DNA of 64,000 bases from the NCBI GenBank assembly GCA_034003345.1, contig JAVEYS010000002.1, positions 9,415-73,414 of the forward strand. The letters run 5' to 3'. The stretch is from Bacteroidales bacterium (GTDB lineage: Bacteria > Bacteroidota > Bacteroidia > Bacteroidales > VadinHA17). A program made the position numbers and the translations under genes. Below, piece after piece: positions 29,455 through 37,083 of this stretch. Each line of letters starts with the position of its first letter. Position 1 is the stretch's first letter. The notes beneath the pieces were generated by a model, which saw only the letters and a list, made by a program, of their open reading frames with translations, was not told the DNA's origin and searched no databases.

Positions 29455-31404
29455 ATGTTTAAGTCCACACATATAGTTACCGGTTTACTTCTTGTGTTTA
29501 CCGCCATCTGCTTACAAGGTTGCTATCAAACAGTCATTGAAAGCGGTAGCCGTGAAAAAGTGAAAATCTGGATGGAAGCAGAAAGCGGCCAGATTGAAGA
29601 TCCTATGGAGGTTCATTCTAAAGAAGATGCGTCAGCAGGACAATTTATTGAAGTTGAGCCAGGAAACAACAGTATCGAAACTGCTCCGGGAGACGGCTTT
29701 ATTACCTACAGGTTCAAAATACGGGATAGTGGCAGATACAAAATCTGGGGGCGAGTGATTGTATGCATGGATGATGAAGATGCTTTCTGGGTGAAAATGG
29801 ATGAAGGGGAGTGGGTCAAATGGAAGGATATACAAGTGGGATGCGACTGGCATTGGGATGAAATACATGATAATGACAATAATAACCGCGTTATGATTTA
29901 TGATCTTGAAAAGGGGATACACACTCTTAAGATCACTTACGGTATGGACCAGACCAGATTGGATAAAATAGTCCTTACAAATGACCTCAAATTTGTCCCT
30001 GAACAGACAGGCCCTGGAATAACAGCACGGTACAACTTTAATCCACCAACACCAATCTTGAATGAAGAAGTAATATTTGATGCATCTGCATCATCCAGTT
30101 CGGAAGGTTCAATAAAGAGTTACAAATGGGATCTTGGAGACGGGAATGTCTCTACAGGGCCCAGATCTCTTCATAAATATGATAGCGCAGGCGTTTATAC
30201 AGTCTGCCTGACAACAGAAGATAATGCCGGACTAACAGGCATTGTGGAAAAAGAGTTGACAGTATATGCCGATAAGCCTGTAGCTGATTTTGTTTTCTCG
30301 CCTGACAGGGCTCATTCGGATGAAAACATTGCTTTCAACGCAGCTTCCTCTTTTGATCCGAATGGGAATATTGTTTCATATTCCTGGGATTTTGGAGATG
30401 GGAACAATGGAGATGATGAACATCCTGTTCACTCTTACAGGAATGTGGGAGAATATACAGTAAAGCTAACCGTCACTGACAATGAAGGTCATGAGGCTGT
30501 TAATCTCCAACTGGTGACAATAATACCAGATAATCCCAAAAAGGTGATATTCGAGACAGATATGTGTCTTGATGTGGATGACGTGGGCGCACTAGCAATG
30601 CTTCACGCGATGGCAAACCAGGGAGAAGCAGAAATCCTGGCAGTTTGCTATAATGAGGTACATCCAGATGCTGCTGCTGCCATTGACGCCATCAATACTT
30701 GGTATGGCAGGGGAGATATCCCGATAGGTGTATACAAGAAACCGTTGGCCCAGCCTGATGCATCAGCCTACCTGAAAAGTCTGTCTCAGTTCCCTAATGA
30801 CATCAACAATAGCAGCATCCCGGATGCAGTTAGCGTTTACCGTGCAGTGCTTTCTAAACAACCCGACAACTCTGTTACAATCATAAGTGTCGGATTTCTT
30901 AATAATCTCTCCGATTTATTAATTGAATCACCTGACCTCGTTGCCAAAAAAGTAAAGGAAATTGTAATTATGGGAGGAATTAACAATGATGGCTTCAACC
31001 TGTCCCGTCACGAATTTGTTTCCGCTGCTGAAAATGTTTTAGCCAATTGGCCTTCACCCCTCGTCATAAGCCAGCCCGGGTACCAGATACTAACCGGTAA
31101 AAACTTGATAAACTCATCTGATAATAATCCTGTCAGGACAGCATATTATTCGTTTTTCTACTCCAATTTCTGTAACCGCCCCAGCTGGGACCAGATAGCA
31201 GTACTTTACGGTGTGAGAGGTTGCTCTGACTACTTTTTAAATGCTTCTGACGGAAAAGGCAGGTTAATAAACGGATATACATGGGAGATGAAAGAGGGAT
31301 ACCGGACTTATATTAAAACAATTTACCCGGCAGAAACTTATGCAAAAACCATCGAAAAGCTCATGCTTGCTACTCCGCTTGATAAACCTGCGCTTAGCAA
31401 GTAA
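29455..31404 (+). CDS. Multidomain lipoprotein: CBM-like domain, 2 x PKD domain, C-terminal nucleoside-hydrolase-fold domain (NH-3)
   Basis: Lipoprotein signal (ICLQGC). Residues 35-177 look like a galactose-binding-like/CBM module (WMEAESG...ASAGQFIEV...YKIWGRV...LDKIVLTND). Two PKD signatures follow (YKWDLGDGNVSTG...YTVCLTTEDNAG; YSWDFGDGNNGDD...YTVKLTVTDNEGH). Residues 362-649 (VIFETDMCLDVDDVGAL...) are paralogous to NH-1. Confidence 0.7.
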   Translation: MFKSTHIVTGLLLVFTAICLQGCYQTVIESGSREKVKIWMEAESGQIEDPMEVHSKEDASAGQFIEVEPGNNSIETAPGDGFITYRFKIRDSGRYKIWGRVIVCMDDEDAFWVKMDEGEWVKWKDIQVGCDWHWDEIHDNDNNNRVMIYDLEKGIHTLKITYGMDQTRLDKIVLTNDLKFVPEQTGPGITARYNFNPPTPILNEEVIFDASASSSSEGSIKSYKWDLGDGNVSTGPRSLHKYDSAGVYTVCLTTEDNAGLTGIVEKELTVYADKPVADFVFSPDRAHSDENIAFNAASSFDPNGNIVSYSWDFGDGNNGDDEHPVHSYRNVGEYTVKLTVTDNEGHEAVNLQLVTIIPDNPKKVIFETDMCLDVDDVGALAMLHAMANQGEAEILAVCYNEVHPDAAAAIDAINTWYGRGDIPIGVYKKPLAQPDASAYLKSLSQFPNDINNSSIPDAVSVYRAVLSKQPDNSVTIISVGFLNNLSDLLIESPDLVAKKVKEIVIMGGINNDGFNLSRHEFVSAAENVLANWPSPLVISQPGYQILTGKNLINSSDNNPVRTAYYSFFYSNFCNRPSWDQIAVLYGVRGCSDYFLNASDGKGRLINGYTWEMKEGYRTYIKTIYPAETYAKTIEKLMLATPLDKPALSK

Positions 31405-31605
31405 TAATATGGTGGACAATAAATAGTATAAGTCGTAATTTACCAGATTGTAAGTTTCCGGGCAGATTCGTTAAAAAAGGTGCGCAATATGGCAGGTAAA
31501 CCCGATAAGAATTCTTAATTATAACTCTTCCGTATTCCCCCGGTAATTGTGAAATATATTAACCATATGCTAATCGATTGGGGTCAGAAAATGTACTGGA
31601 ATTAA

Positions 31606-31637
31606 GAAGGGTGACCTTGTGAGACACCCTCTTTCTT
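31606..31637. terminator. Terminator-like hairpin; copy B of the repeated element
   Basis: gaAGGGTGaccttgtgagaCACCCTctttctt, 13 nt beyond the HIT stop codon. The identical 20-mer CCTTGTGAGACACCCTCTTT lies at 31615..31634. Confidence 0.6.
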
Positions 31638-31649
31638 ATATTTCTGTGA

Positions 31650-32048
31650 TCATAGTATCACGTGCTCACCTATCTCCCGGGCGAGCCTCTCATTCTCTTC
31701 GGGTGAAACCGCTGCCCTCGGGTTCGTGAAGAGAAGGTCACTCTCCCTGGTCAGTGGTACAAGGTGCATGTGCGCGTGAGGCACTTCCAGTCCGATCACT
31801 GCAACACCTATCCTCTTACAGTCTATAACCTCCTTCATTGCCCTGGCTACTTTCTGAGCGAAGAGCATCATGCCGGCAAGGGTCTCCTCATCAAGATCAA
31901 AGATATAGTCCACCTCCTGTTTGGGAACAACAAGTGTATGACCAGGCTTCAGCGGCCTGACATCCAGAAAAGCCATGTAGTGATCATCCTCGGCAACCTT
32001 GTAACAGGGTATCTCGCCATTGATGATCCTGGTAAAGATTGATGCCAT
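31650..32048 (-). CDS. HIT-family (histidine triad) nucleotide hydrolase/transferase
   Basis: 132 aa with the histidine triad HAHMHLVP. Confidence 0.88.
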   Translation of the reverse strand: MASIFTRIINGEIPCYKVAEDDHYMAFLDVRPLKPGHTLVVPKQEVDYIFDLDEETLAGMMLFAQKVARAMKEVIDCKRIGVAVIGLEVPHAHMHLVPLTRESDLLFTNPRAAVSPEENERLAREIGEHVIL

Positions 32049-32060
32049 GATATAAGGATT

Positions 32061-32531
32061 TCAGATTGATATTTCAATTATCTCAAAAGGAATGACACCG
32101 GCAGGTACCTTTACCTGTACCACGTCACCCACTCCCTTTCCCATAATTCCCTGGGCTATAGGCGAGGTAGCAGCTATCTTACCCTCCTTGAGGTTAGCTT
32201 CACCTTCAGGCACAAGCTGATACTCCATTATAATGCCGTTAGCCTTATTGCGGATCCTGACCCTGTTCAGTATCTGTACCGATGTGGTGTTGATCCTTGA
32301 GCCGTCGATGATACGTGATCTTGCCACCTGATCATCCAGGCGTGCTATCTTCATCTCAAGCATCCCCTGTGCCTCCTTGGCGGCAGAATATTCAGCGTTC
32401 TCGCTAAGGTCACCCTTATCGCGCGCTTCAGCAATCATTCTCGCAATAGCCGGCCTTTCATTACGGAGCAGATCAAGCTCCTCCTTCATCTTCTGGAGGC
32501 CTTCTTCTGTTACATAGACAAATTCCGACAT
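32061..32531 (-). CDS. greA: Transcription elongation factor GreA
   Basis: 156 aa with an N-terminal coiled-coil (LSENAEYSAAKE) and a C-terminal FKBP-like domain, a typical GreA layout. Confidence 0.9.
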   Translation of the reverse strand: MSEFVYVTEEGLQKMKEELDLLRNERPAIARMIAEARDKGDLSENAEYSAAKEAQGMLEMKIARLDDQVARSRIIDGSRINTTSVQILNRVRIRNKANGIIMEYQLVPEGEANLKEGKIAATSPIAQGIMGKGVGDVVQVKVPAGVIPFEIIEISI

Positions 32532-32593
32532 AATTCTTCTGTACTAGTTAAAAAATAAGAAGAATCCCGGCATTACCGGAACTCTTCAAAGAA

Positions 32594-32601
32594 CAAATAT
32601 A
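32594..32601 (-). promoter_or_regulatory. Candidate -7 promoter element (TATATTTG on minus strand) for greA
   Basis: Exact TAnnTTTG match about 60 nt upstream of the greA ATG. Confidence 0.4.
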
Positions 32602-32653
32602 TATAATCTTTATTTAAAAAACAAATCCTGCCTCTTTTGTAATGATCAGGTTA

Positions 32654-33244
32654 TCAGTAGGTGTACTCTTTTCTGTTTAATAATACTGAATAGATAACGG
32701 CTTTCCTGAGGTTAAATCCTTCGGAAAGTATTTCACTGCCCGGCATAATGTTGTAATCATATGCAGGAGCATCGCCTATCTCGCTGTCTGATATCTCGTT
32801 ATGGACAAATTCCTTTATGCTGGAATCAAAGAATGCTGATGACCCTTCGGCAGAAAATACGCTTGCCATGCTCCCGGAAACGGATCCCTCGTCTGAAAAG
32901 GCTTCAGCCATTGAATTAATGATTGATCCCTCGTCACTGAAAGCATCAGCTAATGGATTAGCAACTGAGCCCTCACTGCTGAAAGCCTCAGTTGCAGGAT
33001 TCTCATACCTGCCTTCCATTGACGTGTCGGGGAACAAATATTGTGGCCTCTGCTGTTCGGGTTTCACCATCGGAGATGGCGAAGGAACGGGTTGTGCCGT
33101 CTCCCTGGTCACTGTCGGGTCAGGCTTACGCTGAATCACATTCTTCGGCACTGTACCCTTCTTTTTGTTCTTTCCCTGCACTGAACCAACAATAGCAAGG
33201 ATGCCAAGAAGAACATAAAATATCAGACTGCCAATATCTTCCAT
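32654..33244 (-). CDS. Membrane-anchored hypothetical protein with four AFSxEGS repeats
   Basis: N-terminal TM helix (IGSLIFYVLLGILAIVGSV), a Pro-rich linker, then EAFSSEGSVANPLADAFSDEGSIINSMAEAFSDEGSVSGSMASVFSAEGS. No family recognised. Confidence 0.5.
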   Translation of the reverse strand: MEDIGSLIFYVLLGILAIVGSVQGKNKKKGTVPKNVIQRKPDPTVTRETAQPVPSPSPMVKPEQQRPQYLFPDTSMEGRYENPATEAFSSEGSVANPLADAFSDEGSIINSMAEAFSDEGSVSGSMASVFSAEGSSAFFDSSIKEFVHNEISDSEIGDAPAYDYNIMPGSEILSEGFNLRKAVIYSVLLNRKEYTY

Positions 33245-33249
33245 AATCG

Positions 33250-33795
33250 TTAATATTTTTTGATCTTATGTTGTTTAAGCTTTGGTTGTTTCTTAGGATC
33301 TTTCATCTTTGACTTAGCCTTATCCTTCTTCTGTTTTATCTTTGGCTGCTTACCCGGATCCTTTGTTTTCGTTTTTGTCTGGGCTTTCAACGGTTTAGGC
33401 TGTTTCGGCTTCTTCAACTCCGGCTTAACCTGTTCCTTTCGCTGCTTCTGTTTTTTTACCTTATACTTTGCCGCAGTATTTTTAGTGTTATTACCCATCC
33501 GCAACCTGGTATCTTCGCTCTGCATCTCAACGTGTTGCTTCCTTAACTGCTTGATCTGCTTCTCGTCCTCCCTGTCGCGCCTGGCTTCTTTCTTCTTCTG
33601 CTCCTTTATGGCCTTCGCTGCCTTACCGTGATCCTTGCCCTCATCAAAGACTTTACTCTTGCGCGACTTGCCGAACGTCTCCTTTTCAAATTTGCGCGTC
33701 GCATTTCGCTGAGCAGTGCACTCGCTGACAGGCATCGCAAAAAGCAGCGTTAACATGATGATGAGGAGCCTCATAAATACTACCTGCTTCTTCAT
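33250..33795 (-). CDS. Secreted, extremely Lys-rich low-complexity protein
   Basis: A signal peptide (LLIIMLTLLFAMPVSECTA) is followed by about 150 aa dominated by K/Q/P/E, with C-terminal repeats (KDPGKQPKIKQKK / KDPKKQPKLKQHK). The antisense ORF 33260..33631 is a shadow of the low-complexity region. Confidence 0.5.
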   Translation of the reverse strand: MKKQVVFMRLLIIMLTLLFAMPVSECTAQRNATRKFEKETFGKSRKSKVFDEGKDHGKAAKAIKEQKKKEARRDREDEKQIKQLRKQHVEMQSEDTRLRMGNNTKNTAAKYKVKKQKQRKEQVKPELKKPKQPKPLKAQTKTKTKDPGKQPKIKQKKDKAKSKMKDPKKQPKLKQHKIKKY

Positions 33796-33832
33796 TTCGT
33801 TATTAAGATATTCCTATGAGGTCGGAATTGGT

Positions 33833-33840
33833 TACCTTTG
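33833..33840 (+). promoter_or_regulatory. Candidate -7 promoter element (TACCTTTG)
   Basis: Exact TAnnTTTG match 20 nt upstream of ATG 33860. It supports the shorter start for the following lipoprotein gene. Confidence 0.45.
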
Positions 33841-33859
33841 TATAAACTCAGATATACGT

Positions 33860-34348
33860 ATGTCAGTATCAAATATAAGGCTTTTTTTCATCATCTTCCC
33901 GGTTTTGCTGCTTTCATCCAGCTGCAACAGGGAGAATAATGAAGTGATACCAGATATAACGGTTGATTTTACAATGTATTCTTCTGATCCCTCGTTCTTC
34001 GAACTCTTTTCTACCATTGGTTCAAGTGTAGTGCTTTCATCGGCTTACAGTTATCTGGGGTACGGCACAGGGGGATATGACGGAAATGGAATAATCATAT
34101 ATAATACAGGTGATCCTTACCTGACCTTCTACGCATATGACCGGACATGTCCGCACTGTTGGGATAACGAAGGCCTAAGTATAGCTGTCAACGTTGACGG
34201 GATCTATGCCATCTGTCCGCATTGCAATACCAATTATGCCCTTCCGGGTTCAGGTCAGCCTACATCTTCAGGACCGGGACAGTATTATCTGAAGAATTAC
34301 CGCACTGCCAGCTCAGGCAGCTCATTAAGAGTCTGGAACAAGAAATAA
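33860..34348 (+). CDS. Hypothetical lipoprotein with paired CPHC motifs (Rieske-like or zinc-ribbon-like)
   Basis: Track ORF 33716..34348. The internal ATG at 33860 gives MSVSNIRLFFIIFPVLLLSSSC, a lipoprotein signal. The C-terminal half contains CPHC-x19-CPHC. Confidence 0.55.
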   Translation: MSVSNIRLFFIIFPVLLLSSSCNRENNEVIPDITVDFTMYSSDPSFFELFSTIGSSVVLSSAYSYLGYGTGGYDGNGIIIYNTGDPYLTFYAYDRTCPHCWDNEGLSIAVNVDGIYAICPHCNTNYALPGSGQPTSSGPGQYYLKNYRTASSGSSLRVWNKK

Positions 34349-34355
34349 GAATTCT

Positions 34356-35771
34356 TTAATACCTGTAATGATCAGGCTTGTAGGGACCCGCCTGTGGGAC
34401 GCCTATGTAGTCAGCCTGCGCCTTTGTCATCTGTGTAAGAGTGACTCCGAGCTGCGCCAGATGAAGCCGTGCCACCTCTTCATCGAGATGTTTCGGTAGT
34501 CTGTAGACCCCTGTCTCATAACCTTTAGTCCATAGCTCGATCTGAGCCAGTGTCTGGTTACTGAATGAGGTGCTCATGACAAAGGAAGGATGCCCTGTGG
34601 CACATCCCAGGTTGACAAGTCGTCCTTCGGCAAGAATGAAGATTGAATGCCCGTCAGGGAATATATATTTATCTACCTGTGGTTTTATGTTAACCTTCGT
34701 TATTCCCTTGTACTCATTGAGTGCATCAACCTGTATCTCATTGTCAAAATGGCCAATGTTGCAGACTATGGCCTGATCTTTCATCTTTTCCATGTGACTG
34801 GTGGTGATGATGTCACGGTTACCCGTGGCTGTGACAAAAATGTTTCCTTCAGGTAGGGCATCTTCAATCGTTTTGACTTCGAATCCCTCCATCGATGCCT
34901 GCAATGCACAGATAGGATCTATCTCGGTCACTATCACCCTGGCACCGTAAGATCTCATTGAGCGGGCTGACCCCTTGCCAACATCTCCGTAACCGCAGAC
35001 AACCACTACCTTGCCCGCTATCATAACGTCAGTAGCTCTCTTAATACCGTCAGCAAGCGATTCGCGGCAGCCGTACAGGTTGTCAAACTTACTCTTGGTC
35101 ACAGAGTCATTAACGTTGATGGCAGGGACAAGCAGCTCGCCTGCCTCCATCATCTGGTAGAGACGATGCACTCCGGTGGTTGTCTCCTCAGAGATACCCT
35201 TCATCTCCTTAACAGTCCTGTGCCACTTCTCAGGATCCTCTGCCAGTATCTTCCTGAGTGTGTCAAGCACTATTTTCTCTTCTCTGCTTGAGGGAGTTGC
35301 ATCAAGAAGTGAATGGTCATTTTCAGCTTTATAGCCCATATGCACCATCAGCGAGGCATCGCCTCCGTCGTCAACAATGAGGTGTGGGCCCTTGCCGCCA
35401 GGAAACGAGAGCGCCTGTGCGGTACACCACCAGTACTCTTCCAGCGTCTCACCCTTCCATGCAAAGAGAGGTATGCCTGCGGCTGCAATTGCTGCAGCAG
35501 CATGATCCTGTGTGGAAAAGATATTACAGCTTGCCCATCGTACATCAGCGCCAAGCTCCCGCAGAGTCTCTATAAGAACGGCTGTCTGAATGGTCATATG
35601 CAGTGAACCGGTTATCCTGGCGCCCCTGAGAGGCTTTGATTCTGAATATTTATTCCTGATAGAGAGCAGGCCGGGCATCTCCTTCTCCGCAATTTCAATC
35701 TCCTTGCGGCCGAAATCAGCAAGTCCTTTATCTCTTACCTTGTATGCAAGATTATTGTCAATGAATGTCAT
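34356..35771 (-). CDS. ahcY: Adenosylhomocysteinase
   Basis: 471 aa beginning [26 protein letters not shown], with NAD-binding motif GYGDVGKG and C-terminus YRY. Typical of AhcY. Confidence 0.95.
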   Translation of the reverse strand: MTFIDNNLAYKVRDKGLADFGRKEIEIAEKEMPGLLSIRNKYSESKPLRGARITGSLHMTIQTAVLIETLRELGADVRWASCNIFSTQDHAAAAIAAAGIPLFAWKGETLEEYWWCTAQALSFPGGKGPHLIVDDGGDASLMVHMGYKAENDHSLLDATPSSREEKIVLDTLRKILAEDPEKWHRTVKEMKGISEETTTGVHRLYQMMEAGELLVPAINVNDSVTKSKFDNLYGCRESLADGIKRATDVMIAGKVVVVCGYGDVGKGSARSMRSYGARVIVTEIDPICALQASMEGFEVKTIEDALPEGNIFVTATGNRDIITTSHMEKMKDQAIVCNIGHFDNEIQVDALNEYKGITKVNIKPQVDKYIFPDGHSIFILAEGRLVNLGCATGHPSFVMSTSFSNQTLAQIELWTKGYETGVYRLPKHLDEEVARLHLAQLGVTLTQMTKAQADYIGVPQAGPYKPDHYRY

Positions 35772-35795
35772 AATATGATTTTTTTTTTAGGTCTG

Positions 35796-35803
35796 CAAAG
35801 ATA
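35796..35803 (-). promoter_or_regulatory. Candidate -7 promoter element (TATCTTTG on minus strand) for ahcY
   Basis: Exact TAnnTTTG match ending 25 nt upstream of the ahcY ATG. Confidence 0.5.
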
Positions 35804-35824
35804 ACCAAAAATACGGTCTATTGT

Positions 35825-36763
35825 TCATTCCCCCAGGAGGTCTGTTGTCCTTTTGCGGTCTTGTGCCAGCTGGTCAGCCAGCGCATTCACACTCTCAAAC
35901 TTCATTTCGTCACGCAACCGTTCGCAGAAACTTACGGTAATCACCTTGCCGTAAAGATCTGCATCGAAATTGATCAGATGGGCCTCAATTGTGCTTCTCC
36001 CGTCATTCTCTTTTATTGTAGGCCTATGACCTATGTTAAGCATGGCTGTATGCCGGGTATGGTCTCCTTCAATGACCGCCACAACAGCATATACGCCGGA
36101 GCGGGGTATAAGTTTATATGGAAACAGAGGCGCAATATTGGCTGTAGGGAAACCCATATCCCTGCCGATCTTCTTGCCGGAAATCACTTTTCCTCTCAGG
36201 AAGTAATCATAACCAAGCATACTCTTTGCCTTTCTGATATTTCCCATTTCGAGTGCTTTTCTTATGACTGACGAGCTGACCGCCTCTCCCTCTATACGGA
36301 AAGCATCTTCGCGCGTGACCCTGAAATCCATCCTGGCTGAGCAATTGATGATGGTGTTGCTGTCGCCCTCGTGACGTCTTCCGAAGTGATGATTGAAGCC
36401 TGTGATGAGATGACGGAGACCCAGGTGATGGCACAGTATCTCATCAACAAACTCCTGGGCAGACATACGACTGAGCTCAGGAGTGAACGGGATGATGACA
36501 AGGTGGTCAATACCTGTCTGCTGAAGCAGCCCTATACGCTCTTCAATATCACTAAGGAAACGGAGATGTGTGGGATCACCCGTAAGCACAATGCGCGGAT
36601 GCGGATCAAAGGTGACAGCCACAGCGTCAGACCCGCTCTTGCGGGCCTCCTCCACAACACGCGCCAGGAGCATGCGATGACCAAGGTGAACACCGTCAAA
36701 AACACCCATGGTGATAACCGGATCACTGAATTCAAGCCCTGTATAACTGTAGTGTACTTTCAT
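35825..36763 (-). CDS. ribF: Bifunctional riboflavin kinase / FMN adenylyltransferase
   Basis: 312 aa with nucleotidyltransferase motif GVFDGVHLGH and a C-terminal riboflavin-kinase region (GFPTANI). Confidence 0.92.
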   Translation of the reverse strand: MKVHYSYTGLEFSDPVITMGVFDGVHLGHRMLLARVVEEARKSGSDAVAVTFDPHPRIVLTGDPTHLRFLSDIEERIGLLQQTGIDHLVIIPFTPELSRMSAQEFVDEILCHHLGLRHLITGFNHHFGRRHEGDSNTIINCSARMDFRVTREDAFRIEGEAVSSSVIRKALEMGNIRKAKSMLGYDYFLRGKVISGKKIGRDMGFPTANIAPLFPYKLIPRSGVYAVVAVIEGDHTRHTAMLNIGHRPTIKENDGRSTIEAHLINFDADLYGKVITVSFCERLRDEMKFESVNALADQLAQDRKRTTDLLGE

Positions 36764-37083
36764 AAATTAATTGGGAATTCAAAAATAAGAAAGATACCTA
36801 CGCTATCGCTATTATCAGGTCAGATAATTACTGTGATCATACAGCAAAGGCTGTCATTATATATTAATTTTACACCAAATGACTTCCCAAAAGTATTTGA
36901 CAATAAACGATGACGTAAGCCTGGACCAGCCAAACCTGATTAGCACATGGCCATCACTGTCAGCCTGACCCTTTTCAGAGATGATACCGTTTCATGCTTC
37001 GTAAGCAAAAGAATTGACTTCAAAAGGAAATAAATTAGCTGCTTAGTGCCCACCTTTTTGTATCTTGGAGAAAGATTCCGGTT

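Noticed and set aside
15415-31637. Calling the hairpin-bracketed PUL block a mobile element
   Set aside because: I recognised no integrase, transposase, tra/mob gene or tRNA-adjacent att site inside or next to it. Only the direct repeat and the compositional shift are observed, so it is reported as a finding and not as a mobile_element feature.
35772-35824. SAH riboswitch upstream of ahcY
   Set aside because: The gap is only 53 nt, with a promoter element 25 nt from the ATG. That leaves no room for the riboswitch structure.
36764-37083. Riboswitch or ncRNA in the 320-bp ribF/glgB divergent region (and track ORF 36371..36913)
   Set aside because: I found no FMN-element or other consensus. 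The 180-aa ORF is mostly antisense to ribF. The region is most simply two divergent promoters.
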